Below are positions 26,587 through 35,678 of a DNA stretch of 64,000 nucleotides, one piece after another. Each line of letters begins with the position of its first letter. Position 1 is the stretch's first letter. The DNA is taken from positions 79,019 to 143,018 of the forward strand of contig DHKP01000007.1 in the NCBI GenBank assembly GCA_002404865.1, read 5' to 3'. Below the pieces are notes generated by a model that worked only from the letters and a program-made list of their open reading frames with translations, made no database searches and was not told the origin of the DNA. A program made the translations under genes and the position numbers. Source of the DNA: Bacillales bacterium UBA4691. Its GTDB lineage: Bacteria; Bacillota_I; Bacilli_A; RFN20; CAG-826.

Positions 26587-26721
26587 TTATTTTTCGATGT
26601 CGTTCCCGTTTTCATCAACTGGAACAAGAAGAGAAAAATCAGCGCCACAAATTGGGCATGGCTCGCCTTCTTCTACTTCAACGATTTGCCCGCAGATGGT
26701 GCAGCGATACTTTTTGGCCAT
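26587..26721 (-). CDS. Small rubredoxin-like / zinc-ribbon protein (44 aa), not in the ORF track
   Basis: I checked the reverse-strand translation codon by codon: MAKKYRCTICGQIVEVEEGEPCPICGADFSLLVPVDENGNDIEK. It has two CxxCG knuckles. GGAGGG lies 8 nt upstream of the ATG. An upstream TTGAGT-16-TATAAT promoter-like element is present. Confidence 0.6.
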   Translation of the reverse strand: MAKKYRCTICGQIVEVEEGEPCPICGADFSLLVPVDENGNDIEK

Positions 26722-26809
26722 AATTTAGCCCTCCTATTATCTTTAATTATAAATGCTTTTTGCCCTTACTCAAAGAAGGATGCTTTCATAAAATTTAGTG
26801 AAAGAAATT

Positions 26810-28159
26810 CTAATCTGCCAAAGTACCCATTGGGTCCCAAGGATTTAAATGGATCGGCTCACCAACGATGGCTTTCTTTTCTTCTTCATTAAGATATTCT
26901 TTGCGAATGACGGCTTGATAGACGAATTTATCAAACCAAGAAGCGCTCATGACGTAATAGCCTTTTAAGCCATTCTCTTCCCCCCAGCTATTCTCAATCT
27001 TGTAGCGGTTAGGGTTATTGTTCTCATCCAGATTGACACCTGTAATCACCATCGCGTGATTCATCGCGCTGTTCCAATAATCGAGCATATCACCTTTTTC
27101 AAATTCCAAAGAGAATCCTAAAACACTATGGTAATCAAGGGCGTTATCGTCCCAAGCGATGCCAAGCCGGTCACGGTAAAAGGAAACGTCGCTTCCAAAC
27201 CAAACAGGGCGATTATTTTTGAGTTGTTTGACAATAAGCTCTTTCATTCTTTCCATAGGGAGATTCAGATGATTGATGGCCTTTCCTTCAATCACATTTC
27301 CTAAATAATCAATCGTGAAATTCTTCACAAACGGCTTATCGGATGTTGGGGAATTGATGACGGATTGATATTCATCGATTTCCTTTCCAATATACTTTTC
27401 AAAAAAAGATAATGGGGTGAATTTCCCTTCGTTATGGTATTTTCCTTTTTCGTCAACATATTCGAAGACAAATTCTTTCGGAGGAAGGCCGAAAGCATTA
27501 AGGAACATCCGATAGATTTCTCCGATAGCTTTATCTTTTTCAATGCGTATTTCATCTATTTTTCCTAATGCATAAAGCTTATGGGCATCGCTAGCGAAAC
27601 GGCGAATCCTCGCATTCAAAACAGCGTCGAGTTCACGAGTGTTATTGGATTGATAGGTTTCAGGGAATGCGCTTTGCGGGAGTAAACCGTATTTCTTCAC
27701 GAGGTTCACGAACATGTCCCATTGGCCACCATCGCTCACAGGCTCATGAAGAATATGCGCTAAAACCCGGTCATCATGTTCCTTTGTCAGAAGGGAAATA
27801 ATCGATTCGAGGGCAAAATTCGCTTTTTCGATTTTGTCAAAGAGCGAAATATAATTCTGACTCAATTCGAATTTACTCATTTTGAGTTTTTCATTCACAA
27901 TTTCGCGAAGAATATTTAATCCCGCGAAGATCCAACAACGCCCACTCGCCTTTTGGTTCGCAACAGGCATGGTTTTGATCTCAATTGAGAAAGACGGATT
28001 TTCCAATAGTAAGGAAGAAGAATCATAAATCACTTCGCTTAGCGCGTTGCGGGAAAGGGCATGACGGATGATTGTGTTCTTCTTATCGGTAAGATATTCA
28101 TTGAGGATACGATCCTCTTTTTCTTTTGTTAATGCTTTCGCTTCAATGCTTTTATCCAT
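26810..28159 (-). CDS. pepC: Aminopeptidase C (C1-family, bleomycin-hydrolase-like cysteine peptidase)
   Basis: The active-site Cys context is QKASGRCWIFA. The C-terminus is typical of PepC. I trimmed the start to the ATG at 28159 (MDKSIEAKAL), which has an AAGAGG RBS. Confidence 0.9.
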   Translation of the reverse strand: MDKSIEAKALTKEKEDRILNEYLTDKKNTIIRHALSRNALSEVIYDSSSLLLENPSFSIEIKTMPVANQKASGRCWIFAGLNILREIVNEKLKMSKFELSQNYISLFDKIEKANFALESIISLLTKEHDDRVLAHILHEPVSDGGQWDMFVNLVKKYGLLPQSAFPETYQSNNTRELDAVLNARIRRFASDAHKLYALGKIDEIRIEKDKAIGEIYRMFLNAFGLPPKEFVFEYVDEKGKYHNEGKFTPLSFFEKYIGKEIDEYQSVINSPTSDKPFVKNFTIDYLGNVIEGKAINHLNLPMERMKELIVKQLKNNRPVWFGSDVSFYRDRLGIAWDDNALDYHSVLGFSLEFEKGDMLDYWNSAMNHAMVITGVNLDENNNPNRYKIENSWGEENGLKGYYVMSASWFDKFVYQAVIRKEYLNEEEKKAIVGEPIHLNPWDPMGTLAD

Positions 28160-28228
28160 AAATAAACCTCTTTTCCCGTATATTCTATGCTCAATCTTCT
28201 TGCCGATAAAGAAGCATTCATGAATTGA

Positions 28229-28244
28229 GTTAGTATTTACTAAC
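28229..28244. promoter_or_regulatory. Perfect 7-2-7 inverted repeat in the divergent pepC/pepT promoter region (candidate operator)
   Basis: The sequence is GTTAGTA-TT-TACTAAC, located between the divergently transcribed peptidase genes. I recognise no known regulator consensus. Confidence 0.25.
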
Positions 28245-28312
28245 ATGCTTGTCTTCTTCTAGCGTATATTCGCTTATAAGAGTAGAATTTCCCTCGAAAG
28301 AAGGCGAAAAGA

Positions 28313-29512
28313 ATGAACGAATCAATTGAACGCTTCATCCGCTACGTGAAAGTGGATACGCAAAGCAATGACAATAGTAACTTAACTCCTAGTGATCCAA
28401 AGGAACTAAACCTCACTAAAATGCTCCTCAAAGAGTTAGAAGAAATGGGCATAAATGGTGAAATTGACGAATACGGAAGGCTATATGCCCATTTAGATGG
28501 CGAAAAAGGTTTAGACAAGATCGGTCTAAATTCGCATGTTGACACAGCTTTAGAATGCTCTGGAAAAGACGTTAAGCCGCAATATGTCTCTACTTATGAT
28601 GGGGGAACGATTCGTCTAAACGATACTTATTCGATGTCGCCTAAAGAATTTCCTTCCTTAGCTCGCCATATCGGCGAAGACTTAATCGTGACAAGCGGCG
28701 ATACTTTGCTTGGTGGTGACGATAAGGCGGGCCTCGCCATTATCATGAGCGCGCTTCATTATTTTGTAAGCCATAAAGAAATCAAACATCACCCAATTTC
28801 GATTTTGTTCACACCTGATGAAGAGATCGGAAGAGGCCCTGAGCATTTTAATCGCGAAAAATTCGGCGCGGATTATGCCTATACGATCGATGGAGATTAT
28901 ATTGATCAAATCGATATCGAAACCTTTAACGCCTCTCACGCTGATATTACGATACACGGTATTTCCATCCATCCAGGAGAAGCCAAAGGCAAAATGGTGA
29001 ACGCTTCGCGCCTCATTGGAGAATTCGATTCCTTGCTCAGCCCAAGTGAAAGGCCAGAATTGACCGATGGGCACGAGGGGTTTAACCATCTAGTGTCCGC
29101 GACTGGATCGGTAGATGAAGCAAATCTCCATTACATCATCCGCAATCACGATAGAGCAAAGTTAGAAAAGCAAAAGCGAGAATTCCTAGAAGCAAAAGAA
29201 AAACTCCTAGCAAAATATCCAGGCATTAAAATCGAGCTTACGATAAAAGACGATTATCGAAATATGTATGAGGTGTTAAAAAACGATGACCGCGCAATAA
29301 AACACGCCGAAAAAGTATATCGTTCGCTAGGCATTAACCCGAAGCATGTCCCGATTCGTGGAGGGACGGATGGAGCTTCTTTCTCTTTCATGGGTTGTCC
29401 TACACCAAATTTAGGAACGGGCTCCTATAATCACCATGGAAGATTCGAATATCTTTCTGTATCTGATTTTGAGAAGATGATCGAAATCGTCATCGCCTTG
29501 CTAAAAGCATAA
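28313..29512 (+). CDS. pepT: Peptidase T (tripeptide aminopeptidase, M20B)
   Basis: 399 aa. The N-terminus is RFIRYVKVDTQS. The metal-binding contexts are HVDT, GGDDKAG and TPDEEIG. The length is typical of PepT. Confidence 0.93.
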   Translation: MNESIERFIRYVKVDTQSNDNSNLTPSDPKELNLTKMLLKELEEMGINGEIDEYGRLYAHLDGEKGLDKIGLNSHVDTALECSGKDVKPQYVSTYDGGTIRLNDTYSMSPKEFPSLARHIGEDLIVTSGDTLLGGDDKAGLAIIMSALHYFVSHKEIKHHPISILFTPDEEIGRGPEHFNREKFGADYAYTIDGDYIDQIDIETFNASHADITIHGISIHPGEAKGKMVNASRLIGEFDSLLSPSERPELTDGHEGFNHLVSATGSVDEANLHYIIRNHDRAKLEKQKREFLEAKEKLLAKYPGIKIELTIKDDYRNMYEVLKNDDRAIKHAEKVYRSLGINPKHVPIRGGTDGASFSFMGCPTPNLGTGSYNHHGRFEYLSVSDFEKMIEIVIALLKA

Positions 29513-29534
29513 AAAAGCCAGCGTTTCCGCTGGC
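29511..29534 (-). terminator. Terminator hairpin for tRNA-Gln (also the end of pepT)
   Basis: The hairpin is GCCAGCG-tttc-CGCTGGC. On the minus strand it is followed by UUUUUU. On the plus strand there is no U-tract. Confidence 0.65.
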
Positions 29535-29546
29535 AATCCCACAAAT

Positions 29547-29621
29547 TGGCTGGGGTGACTGGGATCGGACCAGTGCATCTCGGATTCAGAGTCCGATGCC
29601 TTACCACTTGGCTACACCCCA
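29547..29621 (-). tRNA. tRNA-Gln (anticodon CTG)
   Basis: The 75-nt sequence is TGGGGTGTAGCCAAGTGGTAAGGC-ATCGGA-CTCTGAA-TCCGA...ACTGGTCCGATCCCAGTCACCCCAGCCA. It has the U1-A72 pair typical of tRNA-Gln. Confidence 0.9.
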
Positions 29622-29681
29622 ATTTTGCATCGATTATTCTACAACGATTCAGTTACTGAGCAAACAAAAAGGAGAAAAAGA

Positions 29682-30311
29682 ATGGCAATTTTGATTGCAC
29701 TCGGCGGCGGTTCTGGTTCAGGGAAGACTTCAATCGCTAGAGCCTTGGTTGAAGAATTAGGAAAAGAAGCAACACGCTTTTCTTTTGATAATTATTATCG
29801 TGACCAAGGCGCATTAAGTATAGAGGAGCGCTCCAAAGTGAACTATGACTCCCCTTTTACGCTAGATATCGAATTGTTCGTTGAACATCTAAAAGCCATT
29901 CGGAAGAATAAAGCCGTTGATGTTCCTCAATATGATTTCGTCACCCATACGCGGCTGCCATCCCCTATCCCCTTCTACCCTACAAAGTACGTCATTGTCG
30001 ATGGAATATTGACGCTATATCTCAACGAAGCCGAAAACTTATTCGATTATAAAATCTTCGTGAAGGCCGATAGCGATATTCGTTTGGCACGTAGAATTCG
30101 TCGTGACACCATAGAAAGAGGGAGAACCGCAGATTCCGTCATCCGTCAATATCTAGCGACCGTAAGGCCAATGCATTTAAAATACGTCGAGCCCTCGCGC
30201 TTTGTAGCCGATTTTGTTTTCGACAATAACCGCGAAGACGGAATCGATAAGGAAACTTTAGCGGTCGTAAAGGCAAAAATCCTTCGCCTTGGTGAAGAGC
30301 ATGAGAATTGA
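29682..30311 (+). CDS. udk: Uridine kinase
   Basis: The P-loop is GGGSGSGKTS. Udk-like motifs DNYY, YDF and RRIRRD are present. I trimmed the start to the ATG at 29682, which has an AAAGGAG RBS. The longer ORF would overlap tRNA-Gln. Confidence 0.92.
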   Translation: MAILIALGGGSGSGKTSIARALVEELGKEATRFSFDNYYRDQGALSIEERSKVNYDSPFTLDIELFVEHLKAIRKNKAVDVPQYDFVTHTRLPSPIPFYPTKYVIVDGILTLYLNEAENLFDYKIFVKADSDIRLARRIRRDTIERGRTADSVIRQYLATVRPMHLKYVEPSRFVADFVFDNNREDGIDKETLAVVKAKILRLGEEHEN

Positions 30312-31101
30312 TGCCCATGCCCACATTGCAAGCTGGCCAACCGAAAAAGAGTGCGTAAAAACGCTCTTAGCGTCCATGAAAAAGTATCGGATTGACTACG
30401 CTTTGGTGAGCAATTGCGATTGTAGCGAATATTTGGACAATGGCAAAAGAAACAACAATCATTTAAGCGCGATTATCGGTGCAAAAAAGGTATTGCGTTT
30501 AGTGAAAAAATATCCACAAATTATTGGTTGTGCAGTCTGGGTCAATCCCCACTATGAAAAAGTCAATGGGGAGCTCGTTTCTTTTATCAAAGAAAACCGT
30601 TCTTCCATTTACGCTTTAAAGATTCACCCTTACGAATCGCGCCTAAAAATCAGCGATAAACGAATTTTGCCCTACTTAGATTTGGCGCGACTCTTTTCTT
30701 TGCCGATAATTTTTCATACCGCAAGCGAAGAATATAGTGATATCTCGATGCTTTTATCGCTAGCTAAAGAAAATCAAGACATCAATTTTGTAGCCGCTCA
30801 CCTCCAGCTTTGTAGCGATAACAAAGCCGCGATTGCTTATTTGAAAGAAGCACCTAATTTATACGCAGATACCGCCTGGGTGCCTTTGAAAAACGCCAAA
30901 AAGGTACTTTTGCAAGTTGGTGAAACTCGTATCCACTTCGGAACAGATGAACCAATTGACGGAATTGATACATTGAATAACAAAATCTACCAGGCTTATT
31001 TTAAAAACACCGCAAAATTAAAAGCCCATCTTTACCATAATCTCATGGCAAATAACGCGATATCTTTGTTCCGTTTACCAATCGATAAAAATAATGGCTA
31101 G
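30301..31101 (+). CDS. Metal-dependent amidohydrolase-family (TIM-barrel) hydrolase
   Basis: The N-terminus is MRIDAHAHIASW (HxH metal motif), with later H and D residues (IFHTAS, AAHL, FGTDEP). The ATG at 30301 overlaps the udk stop. Confidence 0.75.
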   Translation: MRIDAHAHIASWPTEKECVKTLLASMKKYRIDYALVSNCDCSEYLDNGKRNNNHLSAIIGAKKVLRLVKKYPQIIGCAVWVNPHYEKVNGELVSFIKENRSSIYALKIHPYESRLKISDKRILPYLDLARLFSLPIIFHTASEEYSDISMLLSLAKENQDINFVAAHLQLCSDNKAAIAYLKEAPNLYADTAWVPLKNAKKVLLQVGETRIHFGTDEPIDGIDTLNNKIYQAYFKNTAKLKAHLYHNLMANNAISLFRLPIDKNNG

Positions 31102-31790
31102 GCCCCATCGATATTATCTTTATAGCGATAGCTTCCTCTTTCTTCACTCGCTTGCGGATCGCTTTCTTTTTCGTGAAGCATGTCAATATCTTCGCCCGTC
31201 AAAGTGCTGCCGTAGCGGAATCTGTTTCTTTTCTTATTGTCCATACCTAGTTATTTTAAATCAGGGAAGCGGAAATAAAAACGATAAGCGCCTTGCTCCA
31301 AAAAAGAATCAGAGGCTTATTCCCTTAATAAGAAGGAAATTTTTCTCGTTTTTGCGTTTGCTTAATAAATAAATGTCCCTAAACCAGCATTGATATTGAT
31401 GGATAAGCTTAGAATTAAGGTTAGGAAAGGCAAGACGTTATTAAGATAAGTCTCCGCTATAACGACGCTGCTCGCTCGATAAGAAAGAATCCAATAAGAA
31501 TGCGTAAAGCGGAGATAGATAATAATGCTGATGAAGAGAGAAAGTGAGCTATTACATTTCAGTAAAAGATTCGATAGTTAATCCAATGGAAAAAGTAACT
31601 AGGGGCGTACAAATGAAAATCTTCCCAGAAAGAAAAAAAGAGAGGGAATCAAAGAGCGAATGCTTTTATTGAAACAAGAAAACAATCACGAATAATTTCG
31701 CTCATACCCCCCTCTATGCAACACAGTTAAGCCGATTCGTGGAAAGAAAAATTGGAATTTGTTAAACTATTTCACTAAGGAAAAAGAATT

Positions 31791-32627
31791 ATGTCACAAC
31801 ATCAATGCGAAAAAGAGACTTGTGAAAGCTGCAATGAAACAAATTGCCCCTCACATCAAAAAATAGAAAAAATATCCCCTAACCCTAAGACACAAATTAA
31901 GCACACGATTGCAATCATTTCAGGAAAAGGCGGTGTAGGGAAGAGCTTAGTCACCAGTTTATTAGCAAAAGAGCTAAACGAATTAGGCTATAAAGTCGGC
32001 ATTATGGACGCGGATATCACCGGACCTTCAATCCCCAAATCTTTTGGAATCGCGGAGAAAGCGACAGGCGATGAAACTCGCATTTTAGCATTGCATAGTA
32101 AAAAAGGCGTAGCTATCATGTCGACGAATTGCTTATTAGAAGATGACACCGATCCAATCATTTGGCGAGGACCAATGATTGCGAATTTAGTCACGCAGCT
32201 TTATTCGAACGTCGACTATGGGGAACTCGATTATCTATTAATCGACATGCCCCCAGGAACAGGCGATGTTCCTTTAACGGTATTTCAGCAGATTCATATT
32301 GATGGAGCGCTAGTCATTACTAGCCCCCAAGATTTAGTTTCTCTTATCGTAGAAAAATCGCTGAAAATGGGAAAGTCGATGAACGTCCCTCTGCTTGGCT
32401 TGATTACCAATATGGCATATTTAAAATGCCCGCACTGCGAAAAAAAGATTTATCTATACGGAAAAGCGAAAACGGAAGACTACGCGAAAAGCTATGGAAT
32501 AAGAAATTTAGATGAAATCGTTCTAGACCCATTGCTCGCGGAAAAAGTTGATCAAGGCGCAATCGAGGACTACCAAAAGAAGCTGCTTCCTAAGGCAACT
32601 TCTTTACTCGCTATGTTAAGAGAATAG
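31791..32627 (+). CDS. Mrp/NBP35 (ApbC-like) Fe-S cluster carrier ATPase
   Basis: The deviant Walker A is ISGKGGVGKS. DMPPGTGD and CPHC motifs are present. The N-terminus is Cys-rich (CEKETCESCNETNCPSH). Confidence 0.88.
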   Translation: MSQHQCEKETCESCNETNCPSHQKIEKISPNPKTQIKHTIAIISGKGGVGKSLVTSLLAKELNELGYKVGIMDADITGPSIPKSFGIAEKATGDETRILALHSKKGVAIMSTNCLLEDDTDPIIWRGPMIANLVTQLYSNVDYGELDYLLIDMPPGTGDVPLTVFQQIHIDGALVITSPQDLVSLIVEKSLKMGKSMNVPLLGLITNMAYLKCPHCEKKIYLYGKAKTEDYAKSYGIRNLDEIVLDPLLAEKVDQGAIEDYQKKLLPKATSLLAMLRE

Positions 32628-32637
32628 AAAAAGTTAC

Positions 32638-32666
32638 AAAAAAGAGACAATTGGGTCTCTTTTTTT
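32638..32666. terminator. Bidirectional rho-independent terminator between convergent genes
   Basis: The sequence is AAAAAAGAGAC-aattgg-GTCTCTTTTTTT. Confidence 0.65.
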
Positions 32667-32681
32667 AAATTAATGAAAGAT

Positions 32682-33080
32682 CTATTTTGAGAAATCCATC
32701 GAGTGCATGATACTCTTGCGAGTAACAATGCCAATGAAAACGCCTAAATCATCAAGCACGGGAACAAAATTTTGTTGCTCCGCTAAAAGGTATAATTCAT
32801 GGATATCCGCTTCAACTGATACGGCGACAATATCGCGGGAATGGGGAACGTTTTTTAAAGGTTGCTCCTCGAGATCGTGAAAGGCTAACTGCTTGTCTTT
32901 TAAGTACCATAGGAAGTCGCCTTCACTCAAAGAATAGAGATATTTTCCCGTTTTTCTTTCAATAACAGGTATCGTTCCATAACGATGAAATTCCATTTTT
33001 TCAAGTGCTTGACGGATTGTGAAGTCTTCGTATAGATACTGTACTCCTTTTTTCGGAGTTAATAGTCCTAGTAAGTTCAT
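32682..33080 (-). CDS. CBS-domain pair protein
   Basis: 132 aa. Two CBS-like repeats are present (…IRQALEKMEFHRYGTIPVIE… and …VPVLDDLGVFIGIVTRKSIMH…). Confidence 0.8.
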   Translation of the reverse strand: MNLLGLLTPKKGVQYLYEDFTIRQALEKMEFHRYGTIPVIERKTGKYLYSLSEGDFLWYLKDKQLAFHDLEEQPLKNVPHSRDIVAVSVEADIHELYLLAEQQNFVPVLDDLGVFIGIVTRKSIMHSMDFSK

Positions 33081-33263
33081 AACTATATTGTACTATTTAT
33101 CAAATATGGAAAAAAGAAAAGGAGCAAATATTTAATGAATTCGAAAAATAAGAATTGAAATAACGAATCAATAATCACCTCTTTCTATTAAATTAATGTT
33201 GCAAAAATTAAAAAATTTGCCATGATGATATTATTCCTCAAAAAGAAAGGAGGCTATTACTCA

Positions 33264-33794
33264 ATGGCTAGAAGAACATTAAGAGCACTCGATAGTCGAA
33301 TCATCAAACGCACAATCCAAGCAGGAGCGAAGAAAGGCGTCACTAACATTTCTACGAAAGAGATGTCTACCATTTTAGGTATCACAGAACCGACCATTTA
33401 TGTTCATTATGGAACGAAAGACAATCTCTTATTAGAAGCATTTAACGAATGCGGGAAAAGCATAAGAGCATGCGAAGATCTTGCCTTAGAGACATTCGAA
33501 AAAAGCGAAAAATCGGAAAAAGATGTTATCGCTTTATTGGATGAATTAATTTCATTGAACGATGTTGGAGCTGAAAAAATCGCTTATGCGCTAGATTATG
33601 TTAGAATTGGCCGCTATAAGATTAGCGAAACCGATAAAGTATTCTACAGAAAAGTCCTTTTGAGTTTAGGCGGTAAAGAAGAGAATCTGGACTGCTTCTT
33701 TTATGTTTTAGCGGCATTACGTGGGTGTGAAATACGCAACTTGGTCGCTCGCCCAAAAGATGTCTACAAAGCACTCGTAGAATACATTAAATAG
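33264..33794 (+). CDS. TetR/AcrR-family transcriptional regulator
   Basis: The N-terminal HTH is ISTKEMSTILGITEPTIYVHYGTKDNLLLEAF. I trimmed the start to the ATG at 33264 (MARRTL), which has GGAGG 11 nt upstream. Confidence 0.7.
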   Translation: MARRTLRALDSRIIKRTIQAGAKKGVTNISTKEMSTILGITEPTIYVHYGTKDNLLLEAFNECGKSIRACEDLALETFEKSEKSEKDVIALLDELISLNDVGAEKIAYALDYVRIGRYKISETDKVFYRKVLLSLGGKEENLDCFFYVLAALRGCEIRNLVARPKDVYKALVEYIK

Positions 33795-33813
33795 TCTTGT
33801 TAACGAAATAAAT

Positions 33814-33841
33814 AAAAAGTCGAGTTAATTCCCGACTTTTT
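33814..33841. terminator. Bidirectional terminator between the TetR gene and tdk
   Basis: The sequence is AAAAGTCG-agttaattcc-CGACTTTTT. Confidence 0.6.
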
Positions 33842-34427
33842 ATTTATCGTTTGCTTTTCTTATCTCGTGACAATGCCGACACCGCGGTTCATATGACTCA
33901 GTGCCGCCAACTAAAACGACAGGATCATCTTTTGCGGCAGGAACACCATTTACGATTCGTTGTGTCATTGTCGCAGGCGCCCCACACTTAACGCAAATAG
34001 CGGTGAGTTTTGTGACAAATTCCGCACGCGCCAATAAAGAAGCGCTGACAGGGAACGGTTCCCCTCTAAAATCAGTATCTAAGCCAGCCGCTATGACGCG
34101 AATCCCCCGATTTGCTAGTTCTTCGCAAACATCGATGATACCCACATCGAAGAATTGCACTTCGTCAATTCCCACCACTTCAGTATCATCTTTCACGTAA
34201 GAATAGATTTCGCTTGAATTCTTTAAAGGAATCGCTTTTGTTTTATTTTTTAAATGCGAGACCACTTCATCCCGACTATAGCGATTATCGATCGCTGGCT
34301 TAAAAACCACATATTTTTTGTGAGCGTAATCGAGTCTTCTTAAGCGGCGTAATAATTCTTCGCTTTTTCCAGCGAACATCGGACCGACAACAATCTCGAT
34401 CCAACCAGGTTCTTTCAAAATCTCCAT
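33840..34427 (-). CDS. tdk: Thymidine kinase
   Basis: The P-loop is GPMFAGKSEEL. DEVQFF is present. The C-terminal zinc ribbon is CVKCG...CRHCH. Confidence 0.93.
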   Translation of the reverse strand: MEILKEPGWIEIVVGPMFAGKSEELLRRLRRLDYAHKKYVVFKPAIDNRYSRDEVVSHLKNKTKAIPLKNSSEIYSYVKDDTEVVGIDEVQFFDVGIIDVCEELANRGIRVIAAGLDTDFRGEPFPVSASLLARAEFVTKLTAICVKCGAPATMTQRIVNGVPAAKDDPVVLVGGTESYEPRCRHCHEIRKANDK

Positions 34428-34569
34428 GCGAACTATTATAGGTGAGTAAGTCCATTCTAGATATGGATATTTTTTCTTTTTTGTACACTGTACAAACTAG
34501 CTAAGCTTTCCTTTGCTAACTATTTCTTTTCCTATTTCTTTTTGGAATAGAAAAACGGAAAATATCGTT

Positions 34570-35283
34570 ATGAATACAAAAATTTATCAAGAAAAAATTC
34601 CCGTACGAGTAGATTGGCTTGATTTCAAAAAAACCTTAAAGCTGTCCACGTTATTTAGACTCTTTCAAGATGTTGCCCTTCGTCATCTAGAGTCGATTTC
34701 CTTTGGGGATGAAATCATCCGCGGAGAAGGACTACATTGGGTCGTATCGCGTTATCATTTAGAAATTAACCACATGCCTAAATATGGCGATACATTAATC
34801 ATAAAAACCTATCCTGAACCGCTTTTGGCTTATTTTTTCCCTCGCCAATTTTTTGTCGCAAATGACGAAGGGGAAATTCTCATCAAAGCAGGGAGTTTAT
34901 GGGCACTTGTGGATGAAAAGAAGCGAACAATGGTCATGCCAAATTCTTCTTTATTGAAGGATTATGGAATTACGACAGGGGAAGAGATTCATTACCCTCT
35001 CCCCTATAAAACCAAAGAAGGCAAAAATAAAAGCGTCATTAAAGCATCGTATTCTTCTTGCGACTTAAACAGTCATCTCAATAATTGCTCCTACATCGAT
35101 ATTCTTGAGGATATGATACCAATTGACTATTTGGCTTCTCATTCACCAAAAACTGTTGATATTCACTACAAAAAAGAAATTCTTCTAGGTCAAGAAATTC
35201 CTCTTTCTTATGAGGAAAACGATAACTTATATACCTTCCATAGCGATAACTTTTCTCTAGGCATCCAATTCCAAAAAGATTAA
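34570..35283 (+). CDS. Acyl-ACP thioesterase
   Basis: The double hot-dog pattern is present: GLHWVVSRYHLEINHMPKYGDTLIIKTYP and SLWALVDEKKR. I trimmed the start to the ATG at 34570 (MNTKIYQEKIPVRVDW). Confidence 0.8.
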   Translation: MNTKIYQEKIPVRVDWLDFKKTLKLSTLFRLFQDVALRHLESISFGDEIIRGEGLHWVVSRYHLEINHMPKYGDTLIIKTYPEPLLAYFFPRQFFVANDEGEILIKAGSLWALVDEKKRTMVMPNSSLLKDYGITTGEEIHYPLPYKTKEGKNKSVIKASYSSCDLNSHLNNCSYIDILEDMIPIDYLASHSPKTVDIHYKKEILLGQEIPLSYEENDNLYTFHSDNFSLGIQFQKD

Positions 35284-35630
35284 AGAGCTTTCGCTAATTT
35301 TAAATTTTCCGCCGTTTCAATGGATGACAATTGTCTAATTCATGGGGTTACATCGAATCCGCCGCGTACAAGCACTAAAACAGCGAATTTTTAGTATTCT
35401 CGGTAATGTCCAAAATAGACTATCCGATCGCTTCATCCCTATCGCTATGCAAACTGCATTCCTTAGATAAATTTTGGCTTGTTTTCAAGAATTGAGGCGA
35501 AACAAAACGTTTCCGAATCTTATCGATAGTGCTTTATAAATAAAAAAACATTCCTCCATCTTGCTTACTAAAGCAAAATTCTCGGAATATCACAACAAAC
35601 ATGTGTTTGATTAACTGTATTTATACAATT

Positions 35631-35678
35631 TGCGTACGCCCTTAAAAAGTGCGTACAGTTTGTCCCAAATGCGTACAG
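35631..35678 (+). repeat. Three phased copies of TGCGTAC(A/G) at 19-20 bp spacing
   Basis: The copies are TGCGTACGCC (35631), TGCGTACAGT (35650) and TGCGTACAGC (35670). The first is embedded in the palindrome GCGTACGC. A further GCGTACA lies at 35364. Confidence 0.5.

Noticed and set aside
26578-26892. 104-aa plus-strand ORF
   Set aside because: It is antisense to the well-supported 44-aa rubredoxin-like ORF and to the 3' end of pepC. It has no RBS and an implausible sequence.
31094-31372. 92-aa plus-strand ORF, and a minus-strand small ORF starting at 31243
   Set aside because: The plus ORF is Cys/Phe/Arg-rich, lacks an RBS and overlaps the amidohydrolase stop. When I re-translated the minus ORF codon by codon, it stops after 14 codons (ACT TGA). 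My first reading of it as 48 aa was a transcription slip.
35351-35375. tRNA 3'-end-like fragment (ATCGAATCCGCCGCGTACA) that could mark an att site for the AraC insert
   Set aside because: The putative T-stem partner is not complementary. The implied acceptor stem (TGTACGC) is unlike any tRNA here. It does not match the 3' end of the adjacent tRNA-Ser(GCT).
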